Source: Macrostomum lignano (taxonomy: Eukaryota). From it: a stretch of 64,000 nucleotides of DNA. The stretch covers positions 62,001-126,000 of the forward strand of contig NIVC01002087.1 in NCBI GenBank assembly GCA_002269645.1, written 5' to 3'. The notes beneath the pieces were generated by a model. It made no database searches. It worked only from the letters and a program-made list of their open reading frames with translations, and had not been told where the DNA came from. The position numbers and the translations under genes are program-made. Shown piece by piece: positions 1 through 12,506 of this stretch. Each line of letters starts with the position of its first letter. The stretch's first letter is position 1.

Positions 1-894
1 GATCTGATGCTGTCGCAGCGCAAGTTTTTCAACATATCCTCGGCGCTGAAAGTCTACGACCAGCTTATCTGCCGACTATTAGTGATGCACAAATACTCGG
101 TTATTCATGGCGACATCAATCCGTCGGCGTTATGTTTTGGCACCGGCGAGGCCGTCAATGTGCTCTATTTGAACAATTTCGAGGCCGCCTTGCTGGCGCC
201 CACATTCGGCCTACCGCTGCCTTTCTTTCACGACCGCTTCGTCTCGTACAGCCGTGTGAAGGACAAATCGGTCCACTTCGTCCACGACCTCGAGTCAGCT
301 TTCTACGTGTTCCTATACTTGATGCTTGGCCGACTGCCGTGGGACTCTCGTCTGGGCGTTAGCGAAACTGAGAGTTCGACTGTTGCGCCCGTTGGCGTCG
401 ACATCTCGGTCAATGATATCCGCTCAGAGAAGAGTCGCACCATGGAGGAGAAGGAAAAGTTCTGGCAGTCGTCTAATCAACTGCTGTGGATGGTGAAGTC
501 AATAGACACAGAGTTCAGGGACTCCATGTATCGGAACTTTGCGTCCGACATTGTGGAGGCGATCTATGCCAGAGTAAAGGAGAGCATGTCCACTTGCCAG
601 TCGCTGAGTCAGTCTGCCTACTCGAAGAGTGTCTTCATCACCGGCACGGCTCCTTACAATGCCTACTTTGGTGTTAGAAAGATAATTGCCAGTTTCTTCC
701 GCTTTGAGTCGCGAAGCAACGCCTTGAAAGATCCGGTGTGGTCGGCCAAGACCGACATGCTGTTTAAGGAGGACGCTAACGACCGTCGCATAGCCTGGGA
801 TTTGAGCTCCTGGTGCTGGAACTACTTGGACGCCGATGCCAATTCTGTTAAACGACAGTCGTCAAGAAAGTCGCAGATCGTCGTTAGTTCATAA
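1..894 (+). CDS. CK1/TTBK-like kinase-fold protein, probable pseudokinase (5'-partial, frame open at window edge)
   Basis: Paralog of 2630..4312 (SSALKVYDQL..HKY.V.H..NPS, FHDRFVSY, D.ESAFY.FLY.L.GRLPWD). Catalytic loop reads HGDINP and the DFG position reads NFE. Confidence 0.75.
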   Translation, partial: DLMLSQRKFFNISSALKVYDQLICRLLVMHKYSVIHGDINPSALCFGTGEAVNVLYLNNFEAALLAPTFGLPLPFFHDRFVSYSRVKDKSVHFVHDLESAFYVFLYLMLGRLPWDSRLGVSETESSTVAPVGVDISVNDIRSEKSRTMEEKEKFWQSSNQLLWMVKSIDTEFRDSMYRNFASDIVEAIYARVKESMSTCQSLSQSAYSKSVFITGTAPYNAYFGVRKIIASFFRFESRSNALKDPVWSAKTDMLFKEDANDRRIAWDLSSWCWNYLDADANSVKRQSSRKSQIVVSS

Positions 895-2629
895 TCAGAC
901 AGTTTGGTCAGAAAACCAGGTTCATTCGAACACTTCCGACGTCAGCTTTAGGATACTTTATTAGGTCTAGGACATTTCTTATCAGATGGCATACAAGTAG
1001 CGTGTCACAATGGTACCGATTCTGATTATTGCAGCTAAGCATAGGTTTTTTATTTAGAATCTCTGCGTCTAGAGCGTATATGCAGTCTTTTCTTCTAAGC
1101 TTTTTCTAAATATATGGTCAGTCTGATTCGTTTGAGAATCAGCAGCTAAGTAGCCATTTGAAATAGCGCTTATAAATCTAAAATTCATATTTTCCTGCAT
1201 TAACTATCTTGGATCTGTGGCTAATTTTTTATGCGTAATGTCAGAATGGAATGAAAATTGTCATTGTCCGGCGCTGTACGCTCATTAGTTAACTCTTGGA
1301 AATCATTGCGTACGGCTACTGAGTATTCATTCATGAGACAATGCGCTTGGTTATGAATGGTTTTGGTGGTTAACAGTATTTACCAGCCTGATTTTTCACG
1401 AGTGACTAGAATTAAGAATTAAGAGAATCACTCTCCAACCCTCAAAACCCAAAACCATATACAAAATCTACCATCGTTGGTTTGGTTCTTGCCCCTAGTT
1501 CACAATTGAACTCAAAAATGTTGAAAAAGTGTAAAAAGTACAAACTAAAATGAACCTAAAACAGTAGTAACCTTTTCCGAGGTTTAGTAAAGTAATTACT
1601 GGTTTCACTTGATTAAAAATCTACTTTTTTGTTTAGTTGAACCAAAATTGCCATACTGTATTTGCTAATATTTCCACTTCCGATGTGCCTCCCTACATGT
1701 ACCTCTCGCCTCTTTGCTATCGGCCTACTACAATTGACAGTTTAATTTGATTTATGGTTCTCCCAGTCTTCTCGCTTTTTGGTTACCTGGGTCCTCGTGA
1801 ATCTGTTGACTATTATGTAGATAAAATCTAATCCCTATAAATTTATCCCCACACTCAAACCCTGGTACTCGTAGATTTTAACATTTGTGACTAGATGGTC
1901 CCCTTGGCTAATATACCTGAACTTCAATAGGGCTCCATACTTCTATTAAAGATTACGTACGAGTATATATCAAGTCAATCCCCATGAAGAATCTTCCCAC
2001 TCTAAAACCCGTACCCGTATGCCCCGGTGTCTTGGTTTCAAGCTACATGGATTTGGATTGAAGCCACATCGAAATATGGCTTAAATTTGAAATCAGCAAC
2101 CCTCATAAACCACATTTATGTAAAACTGGAACTATTTTAAAATATATACCTTAAGTTTAAGCTTAAAATGCTCCGAATTCGGTCGGGGACGCGGCCTTTT
2201 GCAGCCTAAAAGACCATGACTATACCTTGCTAAGGTCGAGAAGAGTGCGTAAATTATTGTAATTTGAGGCTGACTTTATTCTCACCTTGAGAGGGCTTCA
2301 GGACATGACATCGTATTTTTTGTTGGTTTTTGTTTGGTTAAAGTATCCGATTCCATTATTTTTTACTTACAATTATTTACAACTGTGCATGGTCTCATAG
2401 AAGGTCAAAATCACAATTTACTGTAACTTTAGACTTGTCCACGCGACTTATTTTGCTTTGAGTTTAAGTAGCCGCCATAGACAATTCTGAACTTCTAACG
2501 AAGAGTCGAGGGAGCCTCATTAGGGGCGAAGCAATAAAAGCAGCACTTAGTAAAATCAAGCTCTTCGTCATCATTTAGTGCAGAGCCGTCAGAAAACAAC
2601 TGACAGATTAGTCGCAGCAAGCAAAACAT

Positions 2630-4312
2630 ATGGAAATGCACGAAGTCTTAACCCGAACCAACAGCATGATTCTGGGCTCAGAGGTCAGCCGGAGTACATT
2701 GCTCACTCGAAGCACTACTGCAGACATATCGGCCGTCGATTGGATTGCCCAACTGAATGCAAAATGCAAGACAATTTTGAGCGCCATGTGCTCTCATTCG
2801 GATCTGCTGCTCAAATACGACTTGACGTCAAGAGAACCGGACTCGCCGATGATCTACGTGAACACGCGTATGCCGTCAAAGTTCATGTTCAACATGGAAG
2901 CATTTCCCAGGCTGTCCAAACTGGAGAAGCTCAACGGCAAGCAGTTGCAAGTGGAAGAGCTGGTTTACCACAAAATGTTCGAGGCAGTGATTGAGCGGTA
3001 CACCAATTCCAATCAGAAGCCGAACCCGGTGCTGCGCGACACCCGATCGTCGGAGTTCTGCTACCGAATGGCCATCAAGGTAGAAGCGGTGCCTGCTCAG
3101 AAGGCTTTGAAGGCTAGAAGATTAATTCTTCTACGAGAATTTCTAATCTTACAACACTTGTGGGAGTGCTTTCACAGGGAAATGAAAGCCAAGGTCTGCG
3201 GCACGGATCAGCTGATCGGCTTTCCCATGCCGTTTGAGTTTAAAAATGTTGTCGGCTGTTCGGAATTCGATTTTACTGAGGACGGAATGACCTACATGCA
3301 TTACAATATCCACGGAGCAGAGGAGAAGGTACTGATCACCACTATTCCGCAGACTGTGCCGGATTCCACCAGTACTACTATTGGCTCATCGCTGAGCTAC
3401 ATGGCAACGGAGAGGCTGGGGCCCAGTCTTGGCTACCTCATCGATCTGATGCGATCGCAAGGCAAGACTTTCTCAGTATCCAGCGCACTGAAGATCTACG
3501 ATCAAATTCTCTGCAGAATGATGATCATGCACAAGTACGGCGTTGTGCACTGCAACCCGAATCCGTCCTGCTTCTATTTTGGTCCAGGTGAAAGCTGCAA
3601 CGTGCTCTATATCAGCGAGCTCGGCTCCGCTCTTGTGAAGCCGGAGTTTAACATGCAGGTGCCCAGATTTCACGACCGATTTGTCTCGTACCTGCGTTTT
3701 CGCGAGCGTCGCTGCCACTTTGTACAGGACGTGGAGTCGGCATTCTACATTTTTCTCTACATGCTTGTTGGCCGGCTGCCCTGGGATGGGCGCACCCTCG
3801 GCAATCTCAAGCCTGCTGAGGGGATGTCGATGGTTCAGCCAAGCGATGACCCGTACACAGATCGCAGCCTGACTATTGACGACAAGGAGAAGTTCTGGCA
3901 GAACCAGGACACGATAAGTCGCGCTATTCGCGTAGTTGAAATGGAAATTTACGATCCATTGTACGTCAGCTTCACCGCAGACCTGTTGGAAGCATTGTAC
4001 TCGCGTACTCGCGAATCGCTTCAGCTGAGCTCGTCAGTAGGCATTGCTAACTACATGAAGGACTGCTGCGTAGGCAACACTCAGGCTTACAATGTGTATT
4101 ACAATTTGCGCAGGGTCATTGCCACTTACTTCCGCTTCGAGATCCTTAACCAGCCACTCAAGGACCGGCAGGGCAGCGCGAGGCTGGAGCAGCTCAACCG
4201 CTCAAGTACAAACGATTTGAGGATCGCCTTCGACCTCAGCCATTGGTGCTGGAACCACCTCGATCCGAACCCGAATTCGAGCACTTCGAAAAGGATTTCT
4301 TTCAAAACGTAA
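2630..4312 (+). CDS. CK1/TTBK-like kinase-fold protein, probable pseudokinase, intronless, 560 aa
   Basis: AIKVE (beta3 Lys), ERLGPSL (CK1 ELLGPSL), DVESAFY, GRLPW. HRD is replaced by HCN and DFG by ELG. Confidence 0.8.
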   Translation: MEMHEVLTRTNSMILGSEVSRSTLLTRSTTADISAVDWIAQLNAKCKTILSAMCSHSDLLLKYDLTSREPDSPMIYVNTRMPSKFMFNMEAFPRLSKLEKLNGKQLQVEELVYHKMFEAVIERYTNSNQKPNPVLRDTRSSEFCYRMAIKVEAVPAQKALKARRLILLREFLILQHLWECFHREMKAKVCGTDQLIGFPMPFEFKNVVGCSEFDFTEDGMTYMHYNIHGAEEKVLITTIPQTVPDSTSTTIGSSLSYMATERLGPSLGYLIDLMRSQGKTFSVSSALKIYDQILCRMMIMHKYGVVHCNPNPSCFYFGPGESCNVLYISELGSALVKPEFNMQVPRFHDRFVSYLRFRERRCHFVQDVESAFYIFLYMLVGRLPWDGRTLGNLKPAEGMSMVQPSDDPYTDRSLTIDDKEKFWQNQDTISRAIRVVEMEIYDPLYVSFTADLLEALYSRTRESLQLSSSVGIANYMKDCCVGNTQAYNVYYNLRRVIATYFRFEILNQPLKDRQGSARLEQLNRSSTNDLRIAFDLSHWCWNHLDPNPNSSTSKRISFKT

Positions 4313-5099
4313 GCAGTCTGACTGTCGCCTACAGAAATGACAGTAATCTTTGGATAAAATTTTAATTCGTTATTATTTTTTAATCATTCCTTTGCTACTT
4401 ACTGTACTACTTAAAGTACTACGAAGTATTTTACCTGAACTAATTATCGATTTAATTTTGACTTGTATCTTTACTCAGCTGTAACGGTACGGTACGTAAG
4501 AGCAACGTAACATACTATAGTGACTTAAAAGCGTCGAAAAAGTATTCGTAATATTACAGTAACATAGAGATGCTACACGTACTACTACTACTTGTAACTC
4601 CGCAGCTTTTGTTATAACCGGTAAAAGTTGATATGCACGCGTTTTGCAATTGGTTCGCAGAGTAAACCGTATGTACGTATTGTAATATTCTACCAATGCA
4701 AGCCACTGTAATACCAAAATGGTGTTATGCCACAGTTCACTTCGCAGCAGTGCAGGCCAGCGCTGCAATTGCTACGAGTTTCGCTGCAGAATTCCGTACG
4801 ACTTTGCGTTAATTATTTGTTTAACTGTATAAGCTTTGAAAACATTGAACGAACGATTGAGATAGACACGGGAATTTATTTGATATGAATAAGCAGCATT
4901 GAAATACTGTTTTTCTATCGAGACTTTAGTAAGTTTACGGTGACTTCCAATTAGGAAATAATATGCAGTAGCAAAGCAAGTCAAGCGATACACTGTCCAG
5001 TAGAAGGTAAAGGATAGCTCGTATGGTAAAGTGTAGCAATACAGAGCGAAAAACATTGTTTGAAACGGTTTCGAAATTTATAGAGTACGAGTGGAACTA

Positions 5100-8000
5100 T
5101 GTCGCTGCCCTTAGTTATGTACTTGACGACATACTTAATCGCCTTGACTGTCGCGCAGATCTCGACGTTCAGGTGACACCTAAACTCGCGCAGCAGCGCA
5201 GGGCAGTACGGCACCACCCAGCGGTTGTCAAAGGTGAAATTCGCCTTGTGACCGCCGCGCAGCTTTGCGACCTTCGTCACCGAGAAGCCGCCCATCTCGG
5301 TTGATCTGCGACGATAGTGCGGGTAGCCGTCCTCTTGAATCATCGTCACTGCCTGGAACTCTCTCGGACAGCGCTTGCTGCATGCGCCATTCTCCATGCA
5401 CGACGCGGCTGGATTCAGCTGCATTCCACTGGGACCATCCATGCAGGAGATTCTCAGCGACCAGCTTGTGCAGGTCCGCGTCGGCAACGGGATCCGGGAG
5501 TTCTGCACTGATGATGGCGTCATACTGATCCGGCTTCAGCTTGACAGCCAACCAAAGCAGTGCGTGCACGTGGGGAAGACCTGTTTAAAGTGGGATTTGG
5601 TTCATAAATAAAAAGTTTATGAGCAAAAGTTTATCAGGAAATATAACTAATTTTTAATTGTCTCCAGGAATAGCATATTTAACAATTTTATTAGTACAGA
5701 TATTTAATTATGCAATAAATATTGGCATGATAGTAGTTACCTCGCTTTTGGTACTCCAGAGCGCAGACTCGAGCCAGCGTGTCCCCAAACAGACTCTTTA
5801 GCCTGTCGAGGAAGGCCTTCTTCTTCAGCATGAACACCCGGGCGGTGATGTCCGGCCGATCCACGGCAGTTTGGCCAGGCAGTAGCTCAGCAAGGATCTC
5901 AGGCCACTTCGGGTTACACGTCATCGTCGGGAACAGGTCTGGGCGGCCGAAGGCGTGCACATACGCCATGGCATCCTGCTGACGCTCCAGACGGTACCGA
6001 GGGCTAGACGTCAGGATGACGTGGTTCCCGATGTCGATCCCCATCGGGTCGATCTCGCTCGGGTCCCCGTCGTTCGCATGGAGGGCACCTCGCAATCCGC
6101 GCAGGCGCTCTGAAAGCAGATCCTTCTGGTGCAACCGGATGTAGTTGAGCCTCTCCGACTCAATCTTGGCAGCCTGGTCGACCAGATACTGCTGGAACAG
6201 CCGGCCTCCGTAGTGCAGGCTGTTGAACTGGCCTGGGCGCACCTGGATCATGAAGGCGTAATACTTCATGATAGTGATGCCACGATCCTGCTTGAGTCCG
6301 ATGCTCCAGCCGTCCTCACCAAATGGGAACAGCAGGACGTACTCCAAGGGATCGTAGGAGCGGTGGGTGTCACAGATGCTCTGGAGGCCTGTGAATTACA
6401 GAATCAAAAATGAATTCGTCTTTTCTTAATGCAAATACAGCAGTTATATACATCAAACAGAATGCTTGAATCTTCCAGTTCACAAAAAAGCAAGAGATAA
6501 TACATTGATTCAATAGATTTATTCGTTTGTATTAACAAATAAAAATAAGTTTAATATAAAGTTCGAGACGCAGAACTCACCACCGCCCCTCAGACGCAAA
6601 ATCACATCCCGCCGTCGCGTCTGGGCTGCGCCTTCGGTATCGTCAAGGTCCGTCAGGATGCCGACTTCACTGCACTCGGGCAAATTGAAGCGTCTGGCAT
6701 GCTCCCCAGATGGACGGGCATCGGGGTTGATGACGACCTTGGCGCTTTGCAGCTGAGGGTCGTTGCGGAGCAAGTCAACAGCGGACTTGAGGCTGCACAC
6801 GTAGCCGTTGCACGCATGCAGCATGGCTTGCAGCTCTTCCAGCAGACGACCGTTCAGTCCAGTGGCCCACTGCAGCCGGGTTTGCAGCTCTTGGTCCACA
6901 AAAAAGACCTGGCAGAACCTGGCCTCATTTCCGGGATCCGGCAACAGGCTGCCGATCCGATGGTGCATCTGACCTGGTATTATGGTTATGACCATGGAGG
7001 ATGAAGCTCGGGTTCCAGCCGGGCTGCTCACGCTGCTTGGCACCGAGCGACGTCATGTGGAGCGCGCCGTTGTACTTCCTGATGTCCTTCAGGAACTGAG
7101 AGCTGTCTGGGTGCTGGCCAGTCAGAAGCCGCTTCAGGACATCAGGGGGGTCACGGCGGGGCTCCAGGACGGTCTGAGTTGGATTAAAGTTGGATTAATC
7201 ACTTTCAGCAGCACATCACGCAATCGTCTATGACTCCATTGGTGGTCAGAGGTTTCATACTGTATACATTGATTAGTATAAAAAGCATTAATGAGGCAGC
7301 GATTCAAGTGAACTAAAGTAAAAAATGAACTCACCTTTCCAGCGTGGCAGCAAATGCTAGCTGGCTCGTCTTTCCAGCGTAGCGCGCTGCAGTGCGGACA
7401 TTGGCGGTCCATGCGACCGAGGACATGTGGCTGGTGTGCCAGCTCCAGCAGTCTGTGGCAACGAAAAAAGTGCATTTCAATCATTACTCATAAATGAATT
7501 ATAAAATTCAGTTGTACATGCATAAAGTTTATTAGTATCAGAGAAGAGATCAGTCTCGCACGTAAGAATAGTCTTTATCAAATATCAGTAATCTTTAATC
7601 GTAATCTTTATCAGTCTCGCACGTAAGAATAGCAGAATCAATAATCAGGAACGCCTACCTGTCTCGGCGCCAGCCTGCCTGTGCATTTAGACGGCGGTCG
7701 CGGTCATCAGCGGACTCAGCCGCGCGAATCTGGTTCTGGCGCTGCCGCTGCGCCTCCAGGCGATGCTGATGGACTGTCTCATCCTCGGCTTCACGGCTTT
7801 CAGCTGTGCGCTGCCGCTGCGCCTCCAAGCGATGCTGGCGCTCCTCGGGTGTCTCCGAGGCCCTGCGCTTCTTAGCTGCCGATGCAGCGCGTGTAGATCG
7901 GGAAATATTTCCGCGTTTGGGCATTTTCTTCCGCGTAGACAATAAACAATGAATAGGCAAAAATAAACAAAGCAAAAGTAAACAAATAGAAAGTAGAGAT

Positions 8001-8730
8001 GATGATAATAAGCAAAAATAAGATAATAGCCAATAGGAAAATAAGGAAAAATAAGCAAATGGAAATATCGCCAGATTCAGCAAATTGGAGAGAAATCTTT
8101 AGAGAATTGAAAATTCGCCTCCTTAAGAAGGGCCTAGTGTACACGATTTTTTGTCAGTAAAAATCAATAAAAAAGAACCTTAAGCCCCACCAGTCTGTCC
8201 ACTGCCCAGCCGATGCAATGGACTGACTACAGGCGCCAATAAAAAAACCAACTGAATCTCGGGCACAGTCCTATTTATCTGCTTATCAACTGCTATGTAC
8301 ACTCAGCCCAAGCCCAACCCCCCATTCCGGGGGAATCGTTAAATTTAATTGAACCTCCCAACACGCGGGGGGTTATTTGCATTGAACGCGGAACACGAGT
8401 ACCCAACCCCCCCCCCTCCCAAAACACAGCGACGTGAGGGCGGAGGTTGGGGTGGCTTTTTTACAAACAGACTGCAACCCCTCCACTGGAGAGGCAGAGA
8501 GGCCACAGAAGGGCCAAAGAAGGTTAGGAAATCAGTTTTCTGCTTTTTTAGGGATCTCAAATGAAAAAATGAAAGATTAAAATAGCTATAAACTCAATCC
8601 GGAAAATTTGCAGTTTTTCCCATATAAGTTTCAACGCTGACTTGCCAGTAGTCTAGGAGAAAAGTTGCAACAAACAAACATCGCGTCAGTTTTAGTATAA
8701 GGGGAGAGGGAGAGGAGAGGAGAGAGGGAG
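5100..8730 (-). mobile_element. Helitron, 5' part including Rep domain; helicase region and a clear 3' end not found
   Basis: Minus-strand start TTATACTAAAACTGACGCGATGTTTGTTTGTTGC..CTACTGG..TTGAAACTT resembles animal Helitron 5' ends, and a Rep gene follows in the same orientation. Boundaries approximate. Confidence 0.8.
5110..7924 (-). pseudogene. Helitron Rep (HUH endonuclease) gene, 5 exons (7924-7659, 7452-7335, 7173-6581, 6388-5741, 5580-~5110), frameshifted and truncated after KYITKGSD
   Basis: Spliced translation gives MPKRGNISRS.., CPHCSALRW..CCHAGK, IRKYNGALHMTSLGA, YDPLEYVLLFPFGEDGW, FPTMTCNPKWPEI, EYQKRG/LPHVH (HUH), DNRWVVPY..NVE, KYVVKYITKG. GT-AG introns at 7453-7658, 7174-7334, 6389-6580, 5581-5740. 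Frameshifting insertions near 6985 and 5437. Confidence 0.9.
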
Positions 8731-8749
8731 AAGAGAATAAAATATTTTA

Positions 8750-8979
8750 CTACACCTTTTCACGTTCAATTTTGAACAAAGTCCAGTTCCAAAAAAACTA
8801 GCGGAAATTCAATTCAGACAATTCAGACTGGGGACAATTTTGTCTATGGCTAAACCTCGCTTCCGTAGCAGAATGTTTTGAACTGGGGTTTGTTGCCCCA
8901 GTCTGAATTGTCTGAATTGAATTTCCGCCAGTTTTTCCAGAACTGGACTTTGTTCAAAATTGAACGTGAAAAGGTGTAG
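8750..8979. mobile_element. Foldback MITE, ~90-bp terminal inverted arms, TA flanks
   Basis: CTACACCTTTTCACGTTCAATTTTGAACAAAGTCCAGTTC... pairs with ...GAACTGGACTTTGTTCAAAATTGAACGTGAAAAGGTGTAG. TA at 8748-8749 and 8980-8981. Confidence 0.85.
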
Positions 8980-9167
8980 TATCACAGGTGCAGTGAAAAT
9001 ATTTAAAAACTAAACTAGCATGTTTCCTACAAAGTGTTCAGTGTGCTTTTTGCCTCTCACACCAGCTTGGCCGTTAAAGTTGGCAAAAATACTGTTGAAA
9101 TCAACACTTCTCGACCAATATCGACAAGTTGCCGAAGTTTTTATTAGAGGCAGGGGGTTGTCTGCAT

Positions 9168-9500
9168 CCTGCTGCACTTTAAGTGACATTGTCGCACAGC
9201 CGGCGAGAGGCATTACTGCCCATTCCGCCGACCCCATGAGCAGGCACACAAGCGCGCGGATACGTACGCAGTCATACGCATAGGCACACACTCACACAGG
9301 AGTGTACAGTGCGGTCCTAACTTTATTTATCGTTAGGCATGTACACTTCACTGTGCCTTGGGGGGTTGGCCTTCAAGGGCGTTAATGGCACGAGCAGAGA
9401 CAAGTCGAGATTCCAATTTAGCCACAAATTAATGTGACTGCACTTGGAATCGAGCCTGGGCCGCTGGCACACAGAGCGCCGCGCGAGACCACACGAGACC
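9168..9500 (-). repeat. Dispersed SINE-like repeat, copy 1 (copy 2 at ~42395-42700)
   Basis: About 300 bp closely similar in inverted orientation to 42428-42690. Head carries a B-box-like GGCTCGATTCC. Confidence 0.6.
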
Positions 9501-9661
9501 ATACAGGCTACGCCCTTGTCGTGTCCTGTTAGTGTAGGTAAAAATATTAAAAATCGAAAAACTTGACCTTGACCGACAAGCAGTTGTCCACTTTGTAAAT
9601 AGAAAAATATTTCGATAAAATCTGTGATCAGCAGAAACCCAGATGCTCGCACACAACCAGC

Positions 9662-12154
9662 TCACACTACGGACTTTTTCCCGAAAAAATCTACCGGCGG
9701 GTTCATCTGCGACGTTCGGCGCATAAAGTTTGCCGATGATCGCCGAGCACCGTTGGGCAACGCATTCGACGCCACGGCCTCCTCGGCGTCGCCGCCGCGG
9801 TACAATTTGTACAACTCCTCTACGATTTCCGCCGCGCACACGTCGCCGATATTTTCGGCAATCATCCGCAATAGAAAGATGCCGTCGTGCGACAGGAACT
9901 GGTTAACAAACTGCTTCCGCTTTTGTTTGTCTTCTTTGGATTCGTCGCATGCCGATCGGAGTACCATCAGGTAGCGCTTGACGAACGTCTGTCGGTTCTT
10001 ATACACCAGCAGGCGGATCAGCCAGACTATTGTAGAGCCGGCAGTCAGGGACAAGCACAGGATCGTCCAGAACCAAAGGAATATGTAGATCTTCTCGTTC
10101 AGAAGGTTGACTGGCAAGACGCACTGCACAGACCGGATGTTCCACTGGCCGACGTGTTTCGACGGCACGTCGCAGAAAGTGACCCTGGGAAACACCATGG
10201 TCTGCTCCCACTCGCGGCCGCGGAGCAGATTGCTCATACAGTGCCAGCCGAATGCCAGACTGTCGAAGCCTAAGAATGACTGCATAATAAACAAGTGAGC
10301 AACTCCCACCAAAGCGTACACCATCTTGTTCGTGATGTACAAAGCAAGCAGCATCGTGCCCGACCGTTTGCCGAACCAGAAACAGGGCAGGAACTTGTGG
10401 CAGGCTTGGTGCAGCTTTTGGCGCGGCTCCGTCTTAAATGTAACCTGGCGACCGCAGTCTGGCCCGGTCCTGCTGTCCTGGTAATGACCGCAGCCCCGAC
10501 AGTTGATTGTCTTCTCAATGTGTCTAGCCAGAAAGTTTACCAACTTCTTCTTTCGTTCCTGGTCCATTGTAGCGGTTTCTGCGGCAAACTTTACAATCGC
10601 GTTCGGATTGTAGCCAGTCTGCTGGGCCATGATCTTCCACACCAGGTGAGGTGTGTACACGAGCAGTGCCTCCAGTGCCAGCACGAATGGCACCCATTGG
10701 TAGTAGTCTGAAAAGGATCGGTGAGGTTGTTTAAGCTAGTTGTACACCATCGCAAGCAACGCGAGCTTGTGTCTTTTGGAGATTTTGATGGTGAATGCTA
10801 ATTCAGTTTTCGACGATGTGACTTTTCGAGCTTGTGATGTAGCCCTGTTTCGACGATGGGGTGATTTTTCGAGCTTATGATCGCGACCCATGAGTGTATT
10901 GTCTGTTTATGTGTATGTAATTTTCAAAGCTGCCAAACTGCAGACTATTTTTGTCTGCTACTTTGTCGAGACTATAGGAAACAATAGATGAACTTAATTT
11001 AGCTATGCAAGCAAAGGCTGAAGAGTAGACGTCAATCAAGGGTTAGATTAATTAAAACGAACCAATGTCACAAATATTCTTCTCCACAAAGCAACTATTT
11101 CAAAAATGTTTTATTATAAAATATATTCGTTTAAATATGAACTCTACCGCTTAAAATTGGCACTAGGACTCGCCACCACGCTGTGCAAAATAATTTAAAA
11201 GACTCTGTCAGTTCCCCTCTCGTCTCACGCCACAAGTTGGTTGCTTTACGAGCAGCTGCCATTAACCTCCCGCCTTTGCTTTTTTGTGGCCCAACTTCAT
11301 TCTGAGATATGCTGAGCATTTTTGTATATAGCATCTCGCCATGCGCCTTCGCCTTGAAAATTTGCACAGAAGAAGTATGGAAATTTCTTACTCTACGTGT
11401 GTAGAGTCTGCGTCTGGTAGATGCTTGTTTATTGAATCAAAGAGCATTACAGCAGAAATGTCTAAAGTTTGTATTTCACCATTGATGTGAAAGCTTAGTG
11501 TCAGTATAAAACGACCATCTCTATTTTGACGCTCTACCAAATATCTACCAATTCCAACTTTAATCCACCAATTCCAACTCCAATCTACCAATTCCAACTT
11601 TAATCCACCAATGCCAACTCCAATCTACCAATTCCAACTTTAATCCACCAATTCCAACTCCAATCTACCAATTCCAACTCCAATCTACCAATTCAAGCTA
11701 TAATCTATCGATCCCAACTCCAAATCTTCCAAACTGGCTACTCCAAATCTACCAAAACCGACTCCAGTCTATTCCAGCTCCAACAAATTTAAGGTAACAA
11801 CTGTTGTATCGAATTTCCATCACGGAAACCCCCTGTCCATATCAGTCAAGACTTACTCAGCTCCGACTTTCGCCTCGTGAGCATGTCGGGATGCGCCGGG
11901 TCCATGTGCGCCACGTGATAAGTGTTCTGAATCCAGCAATAGTTCTCAGTGTACTCTTCCCAAGGCCTGGGCCATTCGGGCGGCACCCAGCACTGGATGG
12001 GGGTGAAGATGTACTGCCTCATGGCGATCACGGCCGTGGATATGATGAGGAACGCCCCAGTCCATTGATAGTTGACCTTGTCAGCGAAGTCTTCTGCGTT
12101 AACCAAACTGCCAAATTTGAATTTGGTGAACCGAAAGAAGAAATCGGCGTTCAT
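9662..12154 (-). CDS. inx: Innexin (gap-junction/hemichannel protein), join(12154-11857, 10707-9662), 447 aa
   Basis: EDFADKVNY, RQYIFTPIQCW, YTENYCWIQNTY, spliced NYYQWVPF, FPRVTFCD, CVLPVNLLNEKIYIFLWFW, DGIFLLRMI. Canonical GTAAGT/CAG intron with compatible phase. Confidence 0.95.
11545..11790. repeat. Intronic degenerate tandem repeat (CCAATTCCAACT-based)
   Basis: Repeated ctaccaattccaactttaatccaccaattccaactccaat. Confidence 0.8.
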
Positions 12155-12506
12155 GCTGGCAAATTTCGGTTTGGAGCACAACTACTCCGATTCAACTCTT
12201 GAATCTGGTTCTGCTATGAGAGCAAATGTGAAATTATTTAACTAAGAAAGGCTGTTCGAGCGATGGCGAGGAGTGAGACCGAGCTCAGTTAACTGTACAG
12301 AGTCTACTCAAGAATCTGCTTGTGCTCACAATGGTTGCCATTTGCAAACAATGCTGTGCTGTTCTCTTTTCCAAATTGAACAACCAGTTTGAAAGCTTTC
12401 TCATCGCATGCAAGCCACCCCTCCCTCTCACCTCGCCTCACCTCCGCTCGCCCCGCAGTGGCAGTTACCCCATGACCCTCCTTATTATTTTGTCTTACAA
12501 AGTAAA

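Noticed and set aside
4741-4810. GC hairpin as the Helitron 3' terminus
   Set aside because: The stem is imperfect and no CTRR follows at the expected distance on the minus strand.
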